A stretch of DNA of 64,000 nucleotides, from the NCBI GenBank assembly GCA_021792255.1, contig JAJYUZ010000002.1, forward strand, positions 128,001 through 192,000, in the 5' to 3' direction. The stretch comes from Thermoplasmata archaeon (GTDB lineage Archaea > Thermoplasmatota > Thermoplasmata > Thermoplasmatales > GCA-001856825). The notes below the pieces were generated by a model. The model saw nothing but the letters and a program-made list of their open reading frames with translations, was not told the origin of the DNA and did not search any database. Below are positions 29,019-39,561 of the stretch, piece after piece. Each line of letters starts with the position of its first letter. Positions within the stretch are counted from its first letter, which is position 1. The position numbers were made by a program, and so were the translations under genes.

Positions 29019-30254
29019 CTATCTTAATTTTTCCAGAATCTCTTTTGCATTCTTCAGCTCAATCTCCTTCTGTTCGCCAGTAGTCATGTTCTTTAGGGAA
29101 ATTGATTCCTGCTTCGCTTCGCTCTCTCCTAAAATAACAACGTATTCGTACCCCATCTTGGAGGCATAGTCAAGTTGTTTGCTGATCCCCCTGTCCATCA
29201 CGTTCAGGTCCACCCCCAGACCTAGTTCTCTGAGTGTGGATGCTACTCTAATAGCATATTTTCTTCCAGCCGAATCAATGGGAGCCAAAAATATCCCTCC
29301 CTCTTTTTTCTGAACCCAGAGTCCCTTTGCCTTCAGTATGTTTTCGAGAACAGCGTCGCCCATTGCGAATCCCGTTGCAGGAGTACTTTCTCCACCCAGT
29401 TGAGCAACCACATTGTCATAACGTCCTCCTCCCAATATTGATCTGAATTTCTCCTCCAAGTCAGATGCTTCCATCACGAATCCAGTATAGTACGCAATCC
29501 CTCTTACTATCTTGAGATCTATTTCTACCTTGATGGCTTCTGACGATCTTACATAGTCGCGAATCTCGTTCAGTTTCTGAAGTTCTGGGTCTTCCATTGT
29601 TTCCAAAATCCTTCCAGTGGAAAAGGAAGTAATTATCTCTTTATCAATGCCTTTCTCTTCGATATAGGACCCTACCTCTTCCTCGCCGAGTTTGTTCCAT
29701 CTGTCTAACAGATAATAAACCTCCTCTTTCTTACCAGGTAAGTAGCTTTGGATGAGTCTGTCTATAAGAATCCTTGAGTTTATCTTCAACTTAGTCGCAT
29801 TTCCAATTCCTAGATTCTTCAATATGTGACCAGCCAGCGAAGATATTTCTGCGTCTGCGAGGTAACTTTCGCTTCCAAGGATATCAGCATTAAGCTGAAA
29901 GAACTCTCTGGTTCTACCAGACTGTGGTTCTTCATATCTCCAGAATTTCTCTACACTGAACCACTTGAGCGGCTTTACCAGATCCTTTCTTGCGGATACC
30001 ATTCTCGACAAAGTGGGAGTAAACTCTGGAATTAGGGAGACTTCCCTGCCGCCCTTGTCCTTGAATGAGAACATCTGGTTCATGATTTCCATCCCGGACT
30101 TATTCGCAAAAAGTTCAACATTTTCCACGGAGGGGCCATCTATCTCTTTGAAGCCAAATTGCCTGCAAGAATCCTTCATTTTTCTGAATATCTCGCTCCT
30201 GATTTCTTGTTCTTCTGGATAGAAATCCCTGAAGCCTCTGAGTCTTTCTACCAT
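29019..30254 (-). CDS. hisS: Histidine--tRNA ligase
   Basis: RGFRDF, WRYEEPQSGR.REF.Q, RGIAYYTG and GGGRYD. Confidence 0.96.
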   Translation of the reverse strand: MVERLRGFRDFYPEEQEIRSEIFRKMKDSCRQFGFKEIDGPSVENVELFANKSGMEIMNQMFSFKDKGGREVSLIPEFTPTLSRMVSARKDLVKPLKWFSVEKFWRYEEPQSGRTREFFQLNADILGSESYLADAEISSLAGHILKNLGIGNATKLKINSRILIDRLIQSYLPGKKEEVYYLLDRWNKLGEEEVGSYIEEKGIDKEIITSFSTGRILETMEDPELQKLNEIRDYVRSSEAIKVEIDLKIVRGIAYYTGFVMEASDLEEKFRSILGGGRYDNVVAQLGGESTPATGFAMGDAVLENILKAKGLWVQKKEGGIFLAPIDSAGRKYAIRVASTLRELGLGVDLNVMDRGISKQLDYASKMGYEYVVILGESEAKQESISLKNMTTGEQKEIELKNAKEILEKLR

Positions 30255-30371
30255 TTCTACACTCTCTCGTTCTACATTAGCCAGAACTATGTTAAAATTT
30301 GGTTTGGTTTGACCTGGTTTGGAGCATCCGACTAATCATAAATAAGAGGATGGAATAAGGACTGGAGACTT

Positions 30372-31565
30372 ATGAAAATTTCCGTTGAAAACAATAGTTT
30401 AGTGGTTCCTAATGTCTTAGACATCCCATACATAGAGGGCGATGGAATCGGGCCCGACATTTCAAAGGCAACGAAGAAAGTTGTCGACGAGGCAATCAAG
30501 ATCTCCTACGGAAACGAGAGGAAAATCAACTGGACAGAATTGGTAGCAGGGGAGAAAGCGATCTCGAAGTTCGGTACCCCGTTACCGGAAGACACAGTCA
30601 AGAAGATCACTGAACACAGGATAGCACTGAAGGGGCCACTGACCACTCCTATAGGCGGCGGATTCAGGAGCGTCAACGTGACTCTCAGGCAAATAATGGA
30701 CCTTTACGCCAACGTCAGACCGGTGAAGTACTATCCGGGTCTCCCAAGTCCCCTTAAGAATCCTGAAAAAGTGGACATGGTAGTCTTCAGGGAGAATACG
30801 GAGGATGTTTACATGGGAATTGAGTTTCCTGCCGACAGCAAAGAAGCAGTGCAGGTAATTGACTTAATGAGCAAGCTTGGTTATTCTATAAGGAGTGGCT
30901 CAGGCATTGGAATAAAGCCGATAAGCAAGTTTGGAAGTATGAGAATTTCGAAAATGGCTATAGATTATGCATTCGCCAACAAGAGGAAGAACATCACGAT
31001 AATGCACAAAGGGAACATCATGAAGTACACGGAAGGTGCGTTTAAGGAGTGGGCATATGAGACAGCAAAGGAGTACGGAGATAGGATAGTCAACGAAACG
31101 GAGGTAGCCGGGAAGAAAATGGACGGTAAGCTAGTCTTAAAGGACAGGATAGCCGACAACATGTTCCAGCAAATTCTGCTGAGACCGGATGAGTACGACG
31201 TAATTCTCTGCCCAAATCTAAACGGAGACTACATTTCTGACGCACTTGCAGCCCAAATCGGAGGAATCGGAGTCGCTCCTTCCGGGAATATCGGAGACAA
31301 CTATGCTATCTTCGAAGCGGTTCATGGCTCTGCACCCAAGTATGCGAATCTCGATGTCGCTGATCCGTCGTCCCTAACGTTGTCAGCGGTCATGATGCTA
31401 AGGTACATAAAATGGAACGAGTCAGCAGACATCATAGAGAAAGCATTTGTGGACACTCTTAGAGACAAACAGGTACCTCAGGATCTTGCACGACATCTCG
31501 GAGTGAAAGCTCTTACGACTTCAGAATTCGCGAATAGCATCGTACAGCATATGGCCGCAAAGTGA
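30372..31565 (+). CDS. icd: Isocitrate dehydrogenase (NADP)
   Basis: EGDGIG, KGPLTTP.GGGFRS.N, HKGNIMKYTEG, NLNGDY.SD and EA.HGSAP. Confidence 0.96.
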   Translation: MKISVENNSLVVPNVLDIPYIEGDGIGPDISKATKKVVDEAIKISYGNERKINWTELVAGEKAISKFGTPLPEDTVKKITEHRIALKGPLTTPIGGGFRSVNVTLRQIMDLYANVRPVKYYPGLPSPLKNPEKVDMVVFRENTEDVYMGIEFPADSKEAVQVIDLMSKLGYSIRSGSGIGIKPISKFGSMRISKMAIDYAFANKRKNITIMHKGNIMKYTEGAFKEWAYETAKEYGDRIVNETEVAGKKMDGKLVLKDRIADNMFQQILLRPDEYDVILCPNLNGDYISDALAAQIGGIGVAPSGNIGDNYAIFEAVHGSAPKYANLDVADPSSLTLSAVMMLRYIKWNESADIIEKAFVDTLRDKQVPQDLARHLGVKALTTSEFANSIVQHMAAK

Positions 31566-31626
31566 GTATTATGGCAAGAAGCTACAATTAACTATTTATA
31601 TACACTATATATAAACTTCGAAAAAT

Positions 31627-32184
31627 ATGGCTGAAGAAGAAAACATAGCGATTGAGAATATTGTTGCTTCGACATCACTCGCAGATAAGCTCGATTTAAG
31701 CAAAATAGCACTTGCTCTGGAAGGTTCAGAATACGAGCCTGAACAATTTCCCGGTTTAATTTATAGACTTGCCGAACCAAAAACGGCTGTTTTGATTTTC
31801 AGGTCAGGAAAGGTAAACTGTACTGGGGCTAAGACCATAGACTCAGTCAACAAGACCATAAGTACAATAGTAGACAAACTCAAGAAAACTGGAATAGCGG
31901 TAAACAGCAACCCCGATATAGTAGTGCAGAACATAGTGGCAGTATACGATCTTAACATGCAGCTCAATCTTACCAACATTGCTATGTCCCTTGGATTAGA
32001 AAACGTGGAATACGAACCAGAGCAATTTCCAGGTCTGGTTTATAGGATAGAAGAACCAAAGGTAGTTCTCTTGTTGTTCGGTTCCGGGAAAGTTGTTTGC
32101 ACGGGTGCTAAGGAAAAAGGAGAAATCTCACAGGCAGTCAAGATTCTCAAGAAGGACTTAGAGAAGATTACAGCCGTTAAATGA
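31627..32184 (+). CDS. tbp: TATA-box binding protein
   Basis: Two repeats of NIVA...YEPEQFPGL.YR...F.SGK..CTGAK. Confidence 0.98.
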   Translation: MAEEENIAIENIVASTSLADKLDLSKIALALEGSEYEPEQFPGLIYRLAEPKTAVLIFRSGKVNCTGAKTIDSVNKTISTIVDKLKKTGIAVNSNPDIVVQNIVAVYDLNMQLNLTNIAMSLGLENVEYEPEQFPGLVYRIEEPKVVLLLFGSGKVVCTGAKEKGEISQAVKILKKDLEKITAVK

Positions 32185-32429
32185 CCGTAAGGGAAAAAAC
32201 GGGAAGAAAGAGATACGTTCATTTCACTAATCCGCCACCGGAGAAGTTGCGAAGAATAGTGCAACTTTTAGAGGATTCTAGGGTCGTCAACTATTACGGG
32301 GTTACGGCGCTAAGGATAAGGCACGCACAATTAACGCGACTTAAAGAAGTGGCGGTAGAACTCGGAATGAACATTGACATGATTTCTGGAACTTTGAAGG
32401 CGCTGAAAAGAAAAGTATCAGAGATCTAG
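32181..32429 (+). CDS. Probable short RNase P protein Pop5/Rpp14-like
   Basis: N-terminal RKRYV.F and C-terminal ISGTLKAL match Pop5 hallmarks. ATGA-coupled to tbp. Confidence 0.6.
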   Translation: MTVREKTGRKRYVHFTNPPPEKLRRIVQLLEDSRVVNYYGVTALRIRHAQLTRLKEVAVELGMNIDMISGTLKALKRKVSEI

Positions 32430-33644
32430 TGAAAGTACCTCTTCCACATCCATACCTGTCTCATCTTGAATCATCTTTCTCAGTTCTTCATCCCTCTGAA
32501 GAAGATAGTAAAGATAGGGCAAAGAATCCCTGTTGAGGAATGACGATGACTTGTGGATATATCTTCCCATCATCATTGAAAATTCTTTCCTAATCCCCCT
32601 GTACTTCTTCAGGGAACCCATGTTCTTGATCAACGAAGGAAAAGAGAACTTCTCGAATCTTTCGCTCCTCAGTTGCAGTATCGAAACATAGGACATGAAG
32701 TCGTTTGCATAGGACCATAGGGAATAATTCATCCTCTTGCCGACCCTTCCCAGGAAAAGGTCAGCTCTCCAAATATTTCTGAGAGCAAGAACGTAATCAT
32801 CCACCCTCGAGTGTAATGGATACACATTCTCGAGCAGGTACAGAATGAAATCATTGGGATCCATGCCAATATTCATGATTTCTGATCTGATTTCCCGTAC
32901 TCCTCGGTCATGACCGTGTAGTATGTCGTTTATGACAGTATATGCGCTAAGGGTAAGGTCCCTCCCTCCGGTTCCGCTGACTTCTCCAATTCCCTGAAGG
33001 TCATTGACCGCAGCCCTCATGTCTCCATTGGCGTTCTCCGCTATCTCGCTCAGTCTATCGGGAGGAGCATAAATGCTCTCATTCTGGAGTATCTCTTTTA
33101 GAACGCTAAGTATTTGGGATTTCATATATCTCCTAAACTCGATCGATTCGCATTTATCCACTATAGACTTTCCGGTACTAGTAGAACGGAGCGCGTAGAA
33201 ATCATTTGCAATCAAAATGACTGGATTCAAGGTTTTTTCCAGAAGGTTGGAGATTGCCCCTTTTCCTCCAGAATCAGATCCCTCTACATTCTTTTCATAC
33301 AGGGAATCGACCTCATCCATAACAATTAATTTCTTTCTATTTTTTTCGTTGGATATCGAAGAGTAAAAGGAACCTTTGATCGCATTCTGTTCGATGGCAT
33401 CTCTCGATCTAATGTCTGATGCGTTGAACTCTACATACTCCCAGTCCATCTCTTTTGCTAGAGCAAGGGCCGAAGAAGTCTTCCCGGTCCCAGGAGCTCC
33501 ATAAATAATTAGTCCCTTTTTTGAAGGCGTCCCACTTTCCCATTTCTTAGCCCAAGAAATCATTGTCTCAACTGCTTTCTCTCTCCTCAGTTGACTAAGC
33601 AGCGCAGGCCTGTATTTCTCAGCCCATGGGATTTCCACAGTCAT
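32418..33644 (-). CDS. rfcL: Replication factor C large subunit
   Basis: WAEKYRP, GAPGTGKT, EFNASD, DEVD and GDMRAAVNDLQ. Start set at ATG 33644. Confidence 0.93.
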   Translation of the reverse strand: MTVEIPWAEKYRPALLSQLRREKAVETMISWAKKWESGTPSKKGLIIYGAPGTGKTSSALALAKEMDWEYVEFNASDIRSRDAIEQNAIKGSFYSSISNEKNRKKLIVMDEVDSLYEKNVEGSDSGGKGAISNLLEKTLNPVILIANDFYALRSTSTGKSIVDKCESIEFRRYMKSQILSVLKEILQNESIYAPPDRLSEIAENANGDMRAAVNDLQGIGEVSGTGGRDLTLSAYTVINDILHGHDRGVREIRSEIMNIGMDPNDFILYLLENVYPLHSRVDDYVLALRNIWRADLFLGRVGKRMNYSLWSYANDFMSYVSILQLRSERFEKFSFPSLIKNMGSLKKYRGIRKEFSMMMGRYIHKSSSFLNRDSLPYLYYLLQRDEELRKMIQDETGMDVEEVLSLDL

Positions 33645-33718
33645 AGATTGTTCTGTGGTTAAAACCTTTGTCTCCGGCCTAGACAAAGATTAAATTAATC
33701 CTTTGTGGTTGTGGTCTC

Positions 33719-34750
33719 ATGAAGATAAATATTAATGGCAAGATCAGCAACGTTAAGGCCGTATGGTACGAAGAACCAGTTATAAAGATGATAGATCAAA
33801 AGATCTTGCCTGAGACATTCAAGATTGTCGATATAAATGACACGAAGGAGCTTTTTGACGCCATCAGGAATATGACAGTTCGAGGAGCACCCTCGATAGG
33901 AGCTGCAGCTGCTTTCGGGGTTGCGCAGGCAGCTGCTCTTGGAGCTGACATAGAAGAGGCCGGCAAGTTCATAAAATCTGCTAGACCTACTGCAAACGAT
34001 CTATTTTTTGCAGTGGACTTTGTGCTGCAACATAAGGGTGATGCAAAGAAGTACGCTGCAATGTACGTCGACTCAATCGTCGAAAGATCTCGTCTAATAG
34101 GCCTGAACGGAAATGAGCTTATTGGTAACAACAAGAAAATACTGACACACTGCAATGCAGGGGCTCTCGCTTCTGTCGATTATGGTACGGCCCTATCTCC
34201 CATTAGGATGGCCAAGGAGAGTGGTAAGAAGCCCTTCGTGTGGGTAGATGAAACTAGGCCTAGGTTGCAGGGAGCAAGATTGACTGCCTGGGAGCTTGTC
34301 CAAGAGGGAATAGAACACAAAGTCATAGCCGATAATGCGGCTGGTTTTCTGATGGAAAGACAGCAAGTGGATCTCGCGATTGTTGGAGCAGATAGAATCA
34401 CCAAGAATGGAGACTTTGCTAATAAGATAGGGACTTACGAAAAAGCCGTCCTTGCAAAAGAAAATGCAGTTAATTTTTATGTAGCCGCACCCCTAAGTAC
34501 CTTCGATTTCACCATTGAAAATGGTCGCGGAATCCCAATAGAGATCAGATCAGAAGAAGAGGTCAAGGAAGTAAAGGGAGTGGCCATTTCTCCTAAGGAA
34601 TCTATGGCTTACAATCCTGCATTCGACGTGACCCCAAACAGATTTGTGACGGGATATATCACCGAGTATGGTGTCTTCAAGAGTTCAGAACTTCACACAC
34701 TCAAGGACAAGGGAAAAGAATCAATTATAGAACAGATTGAGGACATGTAA
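33719..34750 (+). CDS. mtnA: Methylthioribose-1-phosphate isomerase
   Basis: VRGAP, RPTA, THCNAG.LA, ETRP.LQG and NKIGT. Confidence 0.88.
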   Translation: MKININGKISNVKAVWYEEPVIKMIDQKILPETFKIVDINDTKELFDAIRNMTVRGAPSIGAAAAFGVAQAAALGADIEEAGKFIKSARPTANDLFFAVDFVLQHKGDAKKYAAMYVDSIVERSRLIGLNGNELIGNNKKILTHCNAGALASVDYGTALSPIRMAKESGKKPFVWVDETRPRLQGARLTAWELVQEGIEHKVIADNAAGFLMERQQVDLAIVGADRITKNGDFANKIGTYEKAVLAKENAVNFYVAAPLSTFDFTIENGRGIPIEIRSEEEVKEVKGVAISPKESMAYNPAFDVTPNRFVTGYITEYGVFKSSELHTLKDKGKESIIEQIEDM

Positions 34751-34790
34751 GACGAAATACTTTTAATGGGGTAATAATCATTGATATATA

Positions 34791-36743
34791 GTGACGAAAC
34801 CAAATATCCTCTGGGAATCTAAAGAATTTTGTGAAAAGTCGAACATAACAAAGTACAAAGATTGGATCACTACCGAGTACGGAAAGAAATTCAGTAATTA
34901 TGAGGAACTGAGAAAATGGTCAGTTCAGGACGTCTCGGCTTTCTGGGAATCGATACTTAGATATTTTGGGATCAAGACAGAAGGAGAGTACTCGAGAGCA
35001 CTCAACTCTGAAAAGATGCCGGACAACATTTGGTTTCAGGGGCTCAAGCTGAATTATGCCGAGAATAACCTGTCCCTGGGAAAGCAAGAAGAGCTCGTTC
35101 TGTTTTTCAACGAATCAGGGGAAAAGAAAAGTGTGTCTAAAAAGGAATTCCTTGAGAGAGCAGGTGCGGTTCAGAAATTCTTGTCAGATACTGGAGTGAA
35201 AGAAGGGGACAGAGTCGCGTCATTTCTTCCAAACGTTCCCGAAGCAATGGAGGCTCTCTATGCTACAGCAGCCATTGGTGCAGTCTGGTCGAGTTCATCT
35301 CCCGATTTTGGGTCGGAGGCTATTCTGGAAAGGTTTAGACAAATATCTCCAAAAGTGCTGTTTGCAACGGACAGCTACACTTACAACGGAAAGCGATATG
35401 ATAAGAACGAAGTGATCAAAAAGGTAATGGACAAAATTCCAAGTATCAAGAAAGTTGTGGTGCTCGGAGACGGAAGCTCAAAAGCTGGTGCCAAATCAAT
35501 CTCAATGAATTCTATAGTCACGGAAAAGAGAAATCTTTCTTTCAATAGGGTACCGTTTAATCATCCACTCTGGATACTGTATTCTTCTGGAACCACCGGT
35601 CCTCCCAAGGCGATAGTTCACAGTCAGGGCGGGATACTCCTGGAACACCTGAAGTTGCTTGGTCTGCACTACAACTTGAACAAAGGAGACAAGTTCTTTT
35701 GGTACACGACAACCGGATGGATGATGTGGAACGTTCTGGTGAGCTCAATATCGACGGGAGCCACCGCTGTTCTTTACGACGGGAGTTCAACGTTCCCAAG
35801 CGATTATAGTCTGTGGGACATTGCTCAAGAAAACAATATTTCCTTTTTTGGGACGAGCGCGGCTTATCTTTCTCATTTAATGAAAGAGAAGATAAGATTG
35901 GTCGACAAATATCCGCTTAAGAATCTCTTTGCCATTGGATCAACGGGTTCGCCACTTTCAGACGAAGCGTTCAGATACGTTTATAACAGCCTGAAGAGAG
36001 ACGTTTGGTTAGCCTCCATAAGTGGTGGGACGGATCTGTGTACTGCGTTCCTCGGTGGTTGCGCCTGTCTTCCTGTCACTGAAGGAGAACTGCAGTGCAT
36101 AGACCTTGGAGCCGACATTCAATCGTTCGATGATGACGGAAGACCAGTGATCGATCAGGTAGGCGAACTCGTAATAAGGAAACCAATGCCCTCAATGCCG
36201 ATATACCTGTACAATGATAATGGGGAGAAACTAATAGAGACATATTTTTCACGGTATCCAGGAATTTGGAGGCACGGGGACTGGCTCACCTTGACTTCGA
36301 GAGGGTCTGCCGTCATTCAGGGCCGCTCAGACTCGACGCTCAAGAGGAGAGGAATAAGAATCGGAACGGCAGAAATATACGGAGTTCTGGATGGTATTGA
36401 CGAGGTAAGAGACAGCATAATCGTTGGCCTCGAGCTAGAAGGAAGCGAGTACTACATGCCCCTTTTTGTGGTGACCGATGAGGCAGAAGACTTTGACAGG
36501 GTAAAGAAGAAGATTGTAGAGGAAATAAAAAGTAAGTTATCGCCCCGTCACATACCAGATGACATCATAAGAGTGACTCAAGTGCCTCGAACAATAAACG
36601 GTAAAAAGATGGAGGTCCCGTTGAAAAAACTGCTACTGGGCCTCCAAAATGAGAAGACCATAAACATCGACTCAATGGCGAATCCCGGATCACTTGAGGA
36701 ATTTCAAGAAATCGCGAAGAATATCAAAAGGAAAGTGAAGTGA
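34791..36743 (+). CDS. Acetoacetate--CoA ligase
   Basis: LNYAEN, WSS.SPDFG, YSSGTTGPPK, TTGWMMWN, SISGGTD and WRHGD. Confidence 0.9.
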   Translation: MTKPNILWESKEFCEKSNITKYKDWITTEYGKKFSNYEELRKWSVQDVSAFWESILRYFGIKTEGEYSRALNSEKMPDNIWFQGLKLNYAENNLSLGKQEELVLFFNESGEKKSVSKKEFLERAGAVQKFLSDTGVKEGDRVASFLPNVPEAMEALYATAAIGAVWSSSSPDFGSEAILERFRQISPKVLFATDSYTYNGKRYDKNEVIKKVMDKIPSIKKVVVLGDGSSKAGAKSISMNSIVTEKRNLSFNRVPFNHPLWILYSSGTTGPPKAIVHSQGGILLEHLKLLGLHYNLNKGDKFFWYTTTGWMMWNVLVSSISTGATAVLYDGSSTFPSDYSLWDIAQENNISFFGTSAAYLSHLMKEKIRLVDKYPLKNLFAIGSTGSPLSDEAFRYVYNSLKRDVWLASISGGTDLCTAFLGGCACLPVTEGELQCIDLGADIQSFDDDGRPVIDQVGELVIRKPMPSMPIYLYNDNGEKLIETYFSRYPGIWRHGDWLTLTSRGSAVIQGRSDSTLKRRGIRIGTAEIYGVLDGIDEVRDSIIVGLELEGSEYYMPLFVVTDEAEDFDRVKKKIVEEIKSKLSPRHIPDDIIRVTQVPRTINGKKMEVPLKKLLLGLQNEKTINIDSMANPGSLEEFQEIAKNIKRKVK

Positions 36744-36791
36744 GAATTCCACCAGAGTTTATGTCATCTATTCGGGGAGAAGATGGAGGTT

Positions 36792-37940
36792 TCAGGAGTG
36801 TATCTTTTCCCACATGTGTTTTGCGAGTTTTCCATCGTAAAGGAATTTTGAGAACTCGTCTTTGCTTTTTTCCCTTCTCTCTCTGTGTTCCTCGAGCAGT
36901 TTATTGACCTTTCTGGCGAGAGTGGCTTTGACCTCCCCCGTCAACATATTCCCCTTGGAGTAATCTCTCGTTATTCTCTCCATCTCGTCATCATTGTCCT
37001 CAAAGATGTAGTACAACCACTGGTACGGGACATCCACCTTCAGGTCTGCTCCAAGCTTCCTCTGTAATTCAGTCGTAGCCTGCCCTCCAGAGAAGGCGTA
37101 TTTCATTATTTTCTTCTCGACCGTTTTCGGAGGATCGGAAAGATAAACTGCAGATTCTGGTATGGACGAACTCATCTTTCCATCCGAACTGGCAAGAGGT
37201 GGGAGAAATTTGCTGTGTATCTCCGCGGCCTTTCGATATCCTAGTGACTCCGCAAGATCTCTCTGAAGTCTCCAGTATGGATCCTGGTCTATTGCCGCAG
37301 GAATCAAGCAGCGCTTATTCTCAAACATCGTAGGAACGATTTGGATTGCCGGGTAAAAGAGTATTCCAATGTTCGACGATACATCAAGTCCGAAAGTGGA
37401 TTTCACCTGTGAAAAGTTGAGTTTCTTTGCAATCGCAGTGACTAGGGGATACATGTTCCTGATGTACTCTGTGTCCTTGAAAATAAATGTCTTATCGGGG
37501 TTGAATCCCACTGCGATGATATCGAGTATGTTTTGGTATGCCCATTCCGATGTTTGTTTGAGAGTATAATCCTGATTTCTCATGAACTTCTCATCGTCTG
37601 TGATTTCAATATAGACGTTGACGTTGAAGATATCCTGCAACCACTTTGTGAAAAGAAACGGGACGAGGTGTCCGATATGCATCCCCATCGATGGAGCCCT
37701 ACCCGTGTACAAGAAGAATCCTTTTCCTTCCCTGTAATCCTTGAGAATCAGGTCGAGATCTCTGTGAGAGAAGAAGATATTTCTCCTGAGCATAACGTGC
37801 ATCTTCTGACGTGAAATATCAGAAATTTCCTCCAAGATTTCTCTAGATATCTTCTGGGTGCCGAACTGCTGCATGAGTTTCTCGTAGTCAACTTTTCCAG
37901 AAACCTCCCAGGGTGTGACCTTAAATTCGTCTTCTTGCAC
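36792..37940 (-). CDS. trpS: Tryptophan--tRNA ligase
   Basis: VTPWEV, YTGR.PS..MHIGH, AIDQDPY and KMSSS. Confidence 0.96.
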   Translation of the reverse strand: MQEDEFKVTPWEVSGKVDYEKLMQQFGTQKISREILEEISDISRQKMHVMLRRNIFFSHRDLDLILKDYREGKGFFLYTGRAPSMGMHIGHLVPFLFTKWLQDIFNVNVYIEITDDEKFMRNQDYTLKQTSEWAYQNILDIIAVGFNPDKTFIFKDTEYIRNMYPLVTAIAKKLNFSQVKSTFGLDVSSNIGILFYPAIQIVPTMFENKRCLIPAAIDQDPYWRLQRDLAESLGYRKAAEIHSKFLPPLASSDGKMSSSIPESAVYLSDPPKTVEKKIMKYAFSGGQATTELQRKLGADLKVDVPYQWLYYIFEDNDDEMERITRDYSKGNMLTGEVKATLARKVNKLLEEHRERREKSKDEFSKFLYDGKLAKHMWEKIHS

Positions 37941-38053
37941 ACCGAGTAATGCACATACCTAATAAAATCATTATTGACCTATTTCCGAAATCAAGTGCCC
38001 ATGTCTCGACTTAATTCCAGAAAATACTTCTACGGAAATGTCCATGCATAGTT

Positions 38054-38518
38054 ATGATATTTGCCGTTAAAATAAGGGGAATAGAACAAGGGCAAGAGAT
38101 ACCGGTCGAATTCACGTGTGACGGGAAGAATGGCTCTCCCGAGATCCTCTTAGAGGGGATTCCATCGGGAACCAAATCGCTCGCTCTAATTGTCGAAGAT
38201 CCGGACGCCCCGGTAGGTCTGTTCGTTCATTGGGTAATCTACGGCATAAACCCTGAAGTGTCAAAAATAGAAGGGAATATTGAAAAGTCCTCTCGGACTA
38301 GAGAAGGATTCCTTCAAGGCAAGAACGATTTCGGTAAGATCGGGTACGATGGGCCATGTCCTCCTAGGGGGCACGGGTTTCACAGATATTACTTTAAGGT
38401 TTACGCTTTAAATTCCTCACCTGTCATATATGAACTGCCTGACCGAAAGAAACTTTTGGGAGCAATGGCTGGAAAAATATTAGGACAGGCAGAATCCATG
38501 GGTAGGTATAAACGGTAG
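38054..38518 (+). CDS. YbhB/YbcL (PEBP) family protein
   Basis: DPDAP, HW and YDGPCPP.GHG.HRY. Confidence 0.93.
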   Translation: MIFAVKIRGIEQGQEIPVEFTCDGKNGSPEILLEGIPSGTKSLALIVEDPDAPVGLFVHWVIYGINPEVSKIEGNIEKSSRTREGFLQGKNDFGKIGYDGPCPPRGHGFHRYYFKVYALNSSPVIYELPDRKKLLGAMAGKILGQAESMGRYKR

Positions 38519-38519
38519 C

Positions 38520-39458
38520 TCAACCCAGATATCCCACGAAGTGGTGAGCAATCATGCCGATTACGAATGTCGCAAGGAAACCTAGTGTGACCAACCCGAG
38601 TGATCTCAAAAGATCCCGGCTAAGCTTTCCGCTCGACTGAATTGATATCACAGAAGTCACGATTCCATCTACGATCATAACAAGCACAAACGCGGTGATG
38701 AGGGCAGGGTATCTCTGGAGAAACAGGAATGGGAAGATTGGCACTATGGCACCAATGAAATAGTACAGGGCAGTGTTTGCTGCTGCTTTTCTTGCCGTAT
38801 ATCCGTGGGATGCATCAATCTGCGCCTTCGCGTGTTCTGATAGATAAGCACCTATAGTCATTGAAACTAGACCGGATGCTCCGAATACAACTCCTCCCAC
38901 TGCAACGTAGATGTTGTTAATGAAAACCCCGCTAAGTCCGGCAACACTGGCTAAAACCTCTATCAGTCCATCAGACAAACCGTAGATAGCATCTCTTACG
39001 GTCTCTGCATTCCCTTTCAGGTCTGCTATCATTTTTATGAAGACAGCTTCGTGTTCTCTCTCATCCTTCAGAATCTTGGCAAGTTGATCTTTTTCCCACT
39101 GTTCCTTCGATTCCCTCTCAATATATTCTGAGTACTCTCTGATTGCATCTACTTCTCCTCCCTCAAGGTAGCGAACCAGAAACGAAATGCCAAATATTCT
39201 CTGAAGAAAGCCCAGATAGGAGAAATATCCAGGTCTCCTTTTCTTGAAGCGTGGAGGGGTTCTTCCCTTTCTCTTGATTATCTCTGCCCAGAAATTGGCG
39301 TGAGCCGACTCAATCGATGATAGGTCCATAAGTTTCTTTGCAATATTCTCATCTCTTTCGCTTCTCCTTAATGACGATGACATCCTTTTGGAGATTTTTT
39401 CGTAGAGATCAGCATCATTCAATTCATTCTGATAAAAAGTTTCAGGGCTATTTACCAC
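38520..39458 (-). CDS. Rubrerythrin/ferritin-like domain fused to VIT1/CCC1 transporter
   Basis: E..H motifs (ESAH, EREH), then RDAIYGLSDGL and SM..GAYLS. Confidence 0.88.
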   Translation of the reverse strand: MVNSPETFYQNELNDADLYEKISKRMSSSLRRSERDENIAKKLMDLSSIESAHANFWAEIIKRKGRTPPRFKKRRPGYFSYLGFLQRIFGISFLVRYLEGGEVDAIREYSEYIERESKEQWEKDQLAKILKDEREHEAVFIKMIADLKGNAETVRDAIYGLSDGLIEVLASVAGLSGVFINNIYVAVGGVVFGASGLVSMTIGAYLSEHAKAQIDASHGYTARKAAANTALYYFIGAIVPIFPFLFLQRYPALITAFVLVMIVDGIVTSVISIQSSGKLSRDLLRSLGLVTLGFLATFVIGMIAHHFVGYLG

Positions 39459-39561
39459 TCAAATGCATCTTAAAATGATTATTAACTGTTTCTAGGCGGC
39501 GCTTCTAAAAGTACGCCCAGGAAAGAATAAATCTTTTTAATGCATCAGGTGAGGTGGTAAA

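Noticed and set aside
30298-30322. TTTGG/TGGTTT short tandem repeats between hisS and icd
   Set aside because: Too short and low-complexity to support a repeat or CRISPR call.
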